Positions 60,997 through 64,000 of a DNA stretch of 64,000 bases are shown here, piece after piece; positions within the stretch are counted from its first letter, which is position 1, and every line of letters begins with the position of its first letter. The DNA lies in assembly GCA_964429585.1 (NCBI GenBank), contig CAYSCN010000010.1:4622-68621 (forward strand), given 5' to 3'. Origin of the DNA: an uncultured bacterium. Lineage in GTDB: Bacteria; Desulfobacterota; Deferrimicrobia; J040. The notes below the pieces were generated by a model. It did not search any database. It was not told where the DNA came from and worked only from the letters and a program-made list of their open reading frames with translations. The position numbers and the translations under genes were made by a program.

Positions 60997-61605
60997 ATGC
61001 TGATGGAGATTACTTTTGATGAACTGAGAAATTGTCTCACCCGGGAGGGGCTCTATCTCTTCTGCGGGAGGGAATACAGGGGACCCGTGACGTCGGTAGC
61101 CCTCCTTTCGGCTCTCGAAGGGAAAAACGTGGTGGTGGTGGACGCCGGAAACATGTTCGACCCCTACGTGGTGAGCAGGCTCTGCAGGGTGATGAGGGTG
61201 GATCCGGCGAAGGTTCTCTCCAGGTTTTTCATCGCCCGTGGTTTCACGTGTCACCAGGTGGAGAATCTGATCCTCGGTTCGCTTCCGGATTTCGTTCGCC
61301 AGCACAGACCTTCCGTGGTTCTGGTGGTGGGTCTTCTGGAGTCGTTCTACGACTCCGAGGTTCCGTTCAGGGAGGCGGAGATGCTCCTCAAAAGGACGCT
61401 TAAAGTGCTTTCGGGCCTCTCCAGGAAACTCCCGGTGCTGGTGGTGTCTCCGCTTCCGCCGCTTCCCGCGGGAGAAAGGAAGGTTTTCTTTCGCGTGCTA
61501 GCTCTGAGGGCGAGCCGGATTTACGGTCCCTGCGAGGAAGTGGAAAAGGGCTTTTGCCGGAGGCTTTCGCCCCGCCGGTTCGTATTCGAGAAGAAAGAGA
61601 ATTGA
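60997..61605 (+). CDS. inactive RecA-fold paralogue (ImuA/SulA-like), SOS cassette component
   Basis: 202 aa. Collinear with the RecA core, but the P-loop GPESSGKT is replaced by GREYRGPVTS (VVVDAGNMFDPYVVSRL corresponds to AFIDAEHALDPIYARKL; VVLVVGLLESF corresponds to VIVVDSVAAL). No Walker A lysine. Confidence 0.5.
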   Translation: MLMEITFDELRNCLTREGLYLFCGREYRGPVTSVALLSALEGKNVVVVDAGNMFDPYVVSRLCRVMRVDPAKVLSRFFIARGFTCHQVENLILGSLPDFVRQHRPSVVLVVGLLESFYDSEVPFREAEMLLKRTLKVLSGLSRKLPVLVVSPLPPLPAGERKVFFRVLALRASRIYGPCEEVEKGFCRRLSPRRFVFEKKEN

Positions 61606-61617
61606 GGGAGGGTGATA

Positions 61618-61925
61618 TGGGAAGAACGGTGCTTTCGTTCACCCAGGTTATTCATCGTGAAGAGGAGGAGTGGAAGAAGTTCAGGAGAGCCCTCAGGAAG
61701 GAAGACAGGGAAATCCTCGACAGGCTCTTTGGATACGCCAGGGTTCACGCGGCGGAGTCGTCTTACCTGGGCAGGGTGGCTCCCTTCGACGCGATGTTGA
61801 TTTCCATGCTGATAGAACAGGAGAAGAGGATAGACGAGCTGGAGAAGAGGCTGCTCGAGGTGGAAGTACGAAGCACGAAATCCGAGATTCGAAACAAATC
61901 AGTCCCTGACGAAACACGCGGTTAG
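61618..61925 (+). CDS. small hypothetical protein with coiled-coil C-terminus, co-transcribed with lexA and the imuA-like gene
   Basis: 102 aa; GGGTGA-N5-ATG RBS; no recognisable motifs. Confidence 0.35.
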
Positions 61926-61926
61926 T

Positions 61927-62180
61927 AGTTGTGTAGTTGGGTGGCTGCGTAGTTGCGTGATTGGGTGTGGTTTTTCGCAATCACGATAACCACGCAACCA
62001 CGTATCTACGGACCGTTTTTACCGCAAGTCGGTTCGTAGTTGAGTGGTTGAGTAGTTGGGTAGTTGCGTGGATTTTACACAATCACGCAGCTACACAACC
62101 ACGTATCTACGGACCAGGCTTATACTGCGTTTCGGTCATTTGGATTTCGATATTCGAATTTGTTTGGAGGTTGAATCCGC
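61927..62180. repeat. tandem copies B and C of the same hairpin repeat family
   Basis: Two adjacent units sharing AACCACGTATCTACGGACC and the GTAGTTGCGTG...CACGCA hairpin arms; copy C ends with the CGTTTCGGTCATTTGGATTTCGATATTCGAATTTGTT module also seen at 60206-60242. Confidence 0.6.
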
Positions 62181-62289
62181 CATTTAAAAGGGAGGGGGTA
62201 AACCCTTCCCCTACGATTTGTTGTTATTCGTCCAATACGATGTTGTAGGGGCGGGATTTACTCCCGCCCGCTAAACGCGGGGAAGGCTC

Positions 62290-64000
62290 ATGGGGAACCA
62301 GGAAAAGGTCAGAGGCTGGCTGCTCGACGTGAAAGGTACCCCTGGAGGGGTGGTTCTCTGGATTAAGACGGTGAACGGGGAGGTCCGCTCTTTCAGGATG
62401 CGGCTCTCACCCTGGTTCTATCTGGGAGGGAAAGAGACGCGCCTCAGGCGGGTGGGGAGTGCTCTAGAGCGCAGGGGTGCGAGAGTGACTTTCGAAGAGA
62501 TGCGGGAATTTTTCACCGGAGAGGAAGTTCTCGCTCTGAAGGTGCGGGCTTCGTCTCCCGCGGCGTTCCGATTTTTGGTAACCCTGGCGGAGAGGCTCGT
62601 GGGAGGAGAAAGTGTATACTCCAGCGATATACCCGTGGAGGAGTTTTTCTTTTATCTAACTGGTGTTTTCCCCCTGGGAAAGGTGGAGGTCGAGATGGAC
62701 GAGACAGGGGAGGTCCAGTCGATTTATCCGATGGAAGGCCCCTGGGACCTCGATTACGCTCTCCCTCCTCTTTCTTTCATGGAAATCAGGTCCGTCGGGA
62801 GGAGCGGGGTGAATCCTCTCCATCAGCCCTGGGTGTCTCTGGAGGTGCGTTTCGATGGAGACTGCTGGGAAATTCGGAGTGATGGGCCCGCTGAAGTCGT
62901 CACGATTCTGGACTCTATCATTCGGTCACGGGACCCGGACGTGGTGATTTCCGAATGGGGTGACGAATTCGTGTTCCCGCGACTCTTTTCGCTGGCCAGG
63001 AGCGCGGGGATTCCCTTTTCTCCGGGAAGGTGTGACGGGGGAGTGAGGGAGCGAGCCGGGACAGGGAAGTCGTTTTTCTCTTACGGCAGGATGATCTACA
63101 GGGCGGGCAGGATTTCCATTCCAGGCAGGATTCACCTGGACAGGAAGAATTCGTTTTTCTTCCCGGAGGTGGGTTACGAGGGGATGGCGGAGCTGGCTCG
63201 AATCTCGAGGATTCCTCTGGAGAGGGTGTGCAGGGCGGCGCCCGGGACGATAATTTCTGCCATGGAAGTTGAGAGAGCGTGGAAGAATCGCATCCTGATC
63301 CCTTCAAGGAAGCGGCAGGTGGAGGGATTCAAGAGCGCCGTGGAGCTGGTGGTGACGGACAAGGGGGGACTCGTTTATGCCCCTCCTGTGGGAGTTTTCG
63401 AAGGAGTCGCGGAGCTAGACTTCGCCTCCATGTATCCTGCCATAATGGAGAAATTCAATATTTCTCCAGAGACCATCAACTGTGCCTGCTGCGGAGGGAG
63501 GAAAATCCCGGAGACGGGGACCCACACCTGCGAGAAGAGAAGGGGCCTGATTCCCGAGGTTCTGAAACCGATACTTTCCCGGAGGAAGGCGTTCAAGGCG
63601 TTGAGGAGCAGCTCTGCCTCTGACCGGGCTCGGGTTTTCGACGCCAGGCAGAAGGCGCTGAAGTGGGTGCTGGTGGTGAGCTTCGGGTTCCTCGGGTACA
63701 GAAATGCCAGGTTTGGAAAAATAGAGGCTCACGAGGCGGTCACGGCGCTGGGAAGGGAGATGCTGCTCAAGGCCAAAGATGTTGCGGAGATGGAGGGATA
63801 CTCCTTCATACATGGGCTGACGGACGCCATGTGGGTTAAGCGGGACGGCGCGACTGAGAAGGATTACGAGGAGCTGGCTCGGCTCGTATCACGCGCGACG
63901 GGGCTGGAAATTGCCCTTGAGGGAGTGTACCGGTGGGTAGCGTTTTTACCTTCCAGGCGGAACCCGGAAATTCCAGTGCCCGGGAGGTTTCTCGGAGTTT
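62290..64000 (+). CDS. polB: family-B DNA polymerase (PolB/Pol II-like) with degenerate 3'-5' exonuclease motifs; 3' end outside the window
   Basis: Open frame from the ATG at 62290 to the window end (more than 570 codons; absent from the ORF track because there is no stop). Motif A DFASMYPAIM (vs DxxSLYPSII); motif-B-like KWVLVVSFGFLGY; motif-C-like HGLTDAM (vs YGDTDS). Exo I position reads SFMEIRS (vs FDIET) and Exo II reads WGDEFVFPRL (vs NxxxFDxxY), so the exonuclease catalytic acids are lost. Confidence 0.7.
   Translation, partial: MGNQEKVRGWLLDVKGTPGGVVLWIKTVNGEVRSFRMRLSPWFYLGGKETRLRRVGSALERRGARVTFEEMREFFTGEEVLALKVRASSPAAFRFLVTLAERLVGGESVYSSDIPVEEFFFYLTGVFPLGKVEVEMDETGEVQSIYPMEGPWDLDYALPPLSFMEIRSVGRSGVNPLHQPWVSLEVRFDGDCWEIRSDGPAEVVTILDSIIRSRDPDVVISEWGDEFVFPRLFSLARSAGIPFSPGRCDGGVRERAGTGKSFFSYGRMIYRAGRISIPGRIHLDRKNSFFFPEVGYEGMAELARISRIPLERVCRAAPGTIISAMEVERAWKNRILIPSRKRQVEGFKSAVELVVTDKGGLVYAPPVGVFEGVAELDFASMYPAIMEKFNISPETINCACCGGRKIPETGTHTCEKRRGLIPEVLKPILSRRKAFKALRSSSASDRARVFDARQKALKWVLVVSFGFLGYRNARFGKIEAHEAVTALGREMLLKAKDVAEMEGYSFIHGLTDAMWVKRDGATEKDYEELARLVSRATGLEIALEGVYRWVAFLPSRRNPEIPVPGRFLGV

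Noticed and set aside
59961-62289. Possible CRISPR array or tRNA remnants in the repeat-rich intergenic regions (recurring TTCGAAT T-loop-like strings, repeated 20-40-bp blocks)
   Set aside because: The repeats are not regularly spaced direct repeats with unique spacers; copies are imperfect and contain inverted arms (MITE/REP-like). No cloverleaf can be built around the TTCGAAT strings and no cas genes are nearby.
62290-64000. PolB as a pipolin primer-independent PolB (piPolB) or casposon polymerase
   Set aside because: piPolBs and casposon PolBs retain active exonuclease motifs and are accompanied by integrases/Cas1 and tRNA-flanking direct repeats. Here the exonuclease motifs are degenerate and the only mobile-like feature is the hairpin repeat family. 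Left as an open alternative, not asserted.

Overview
Contiguous bacterial chromosome, about 52% GC, with a thermophile-like protein composition (Lys/Glu/Arg/Val-rich); the organism is not identifiable from the sequence alone. The window holds, in order: (1) the distal part of the conserved S10/spc/alpha ribosomal-protein superoperon (rpmC' to rplQ, including secY, adk, map, infA, rpmJ, rpoA) ending in a clean rho-independent terminator. (2) An iron module: fur, feoB, a small Cys-rich protein and a DtxR-FeoA fusion regulator. (3) A dense multihaem cytochrome c island: 12-haem, about 7-haem, c7-like and a 30-haem 977-aa cytochrome, plus a cytochrome-b/TPR membrane protein, an NHL propeller and an FAD oxidoreductase, interleaved with an exbB-exbD-tonB energy-transduction set. 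(4) ftsB and a membrane GAF-GGDEF diguanylate cyclase, cspA, argS, a SPOR protein and a complete trp operon (trpE-trpGD-trpC-trpB2-trpF-trpB1-trpA). (5) accD, folC, lptD, an rmlACBD dTDP-rhamnose cluster, lepA and lepB. (6) An accessory-looking tail: an orphan PAS/GAF histidine kinase, an SDH-family serine protease with sixA, an ADP-forming acyl-CoA synthetase facing a minus-strand operon (DsbC-like, MaoC, cytochrome P460, a GNAT-HDAC fusion, CBS-ACT). (7) A LexA-controlled cassette flanked by a family of hairpin repeats: a perfect 24-bp palindromic operator, lexA, an inactive-RecA-like (ImuA/SulA-like) gene, a small unknown gene, then a family-B DNA polymerase with degenerate exonuclease motifs that runs off the window end. 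The cytochrome/TonB island and the LexA/RecA-like/exo-dead PolB cassette are the most unusual parts.
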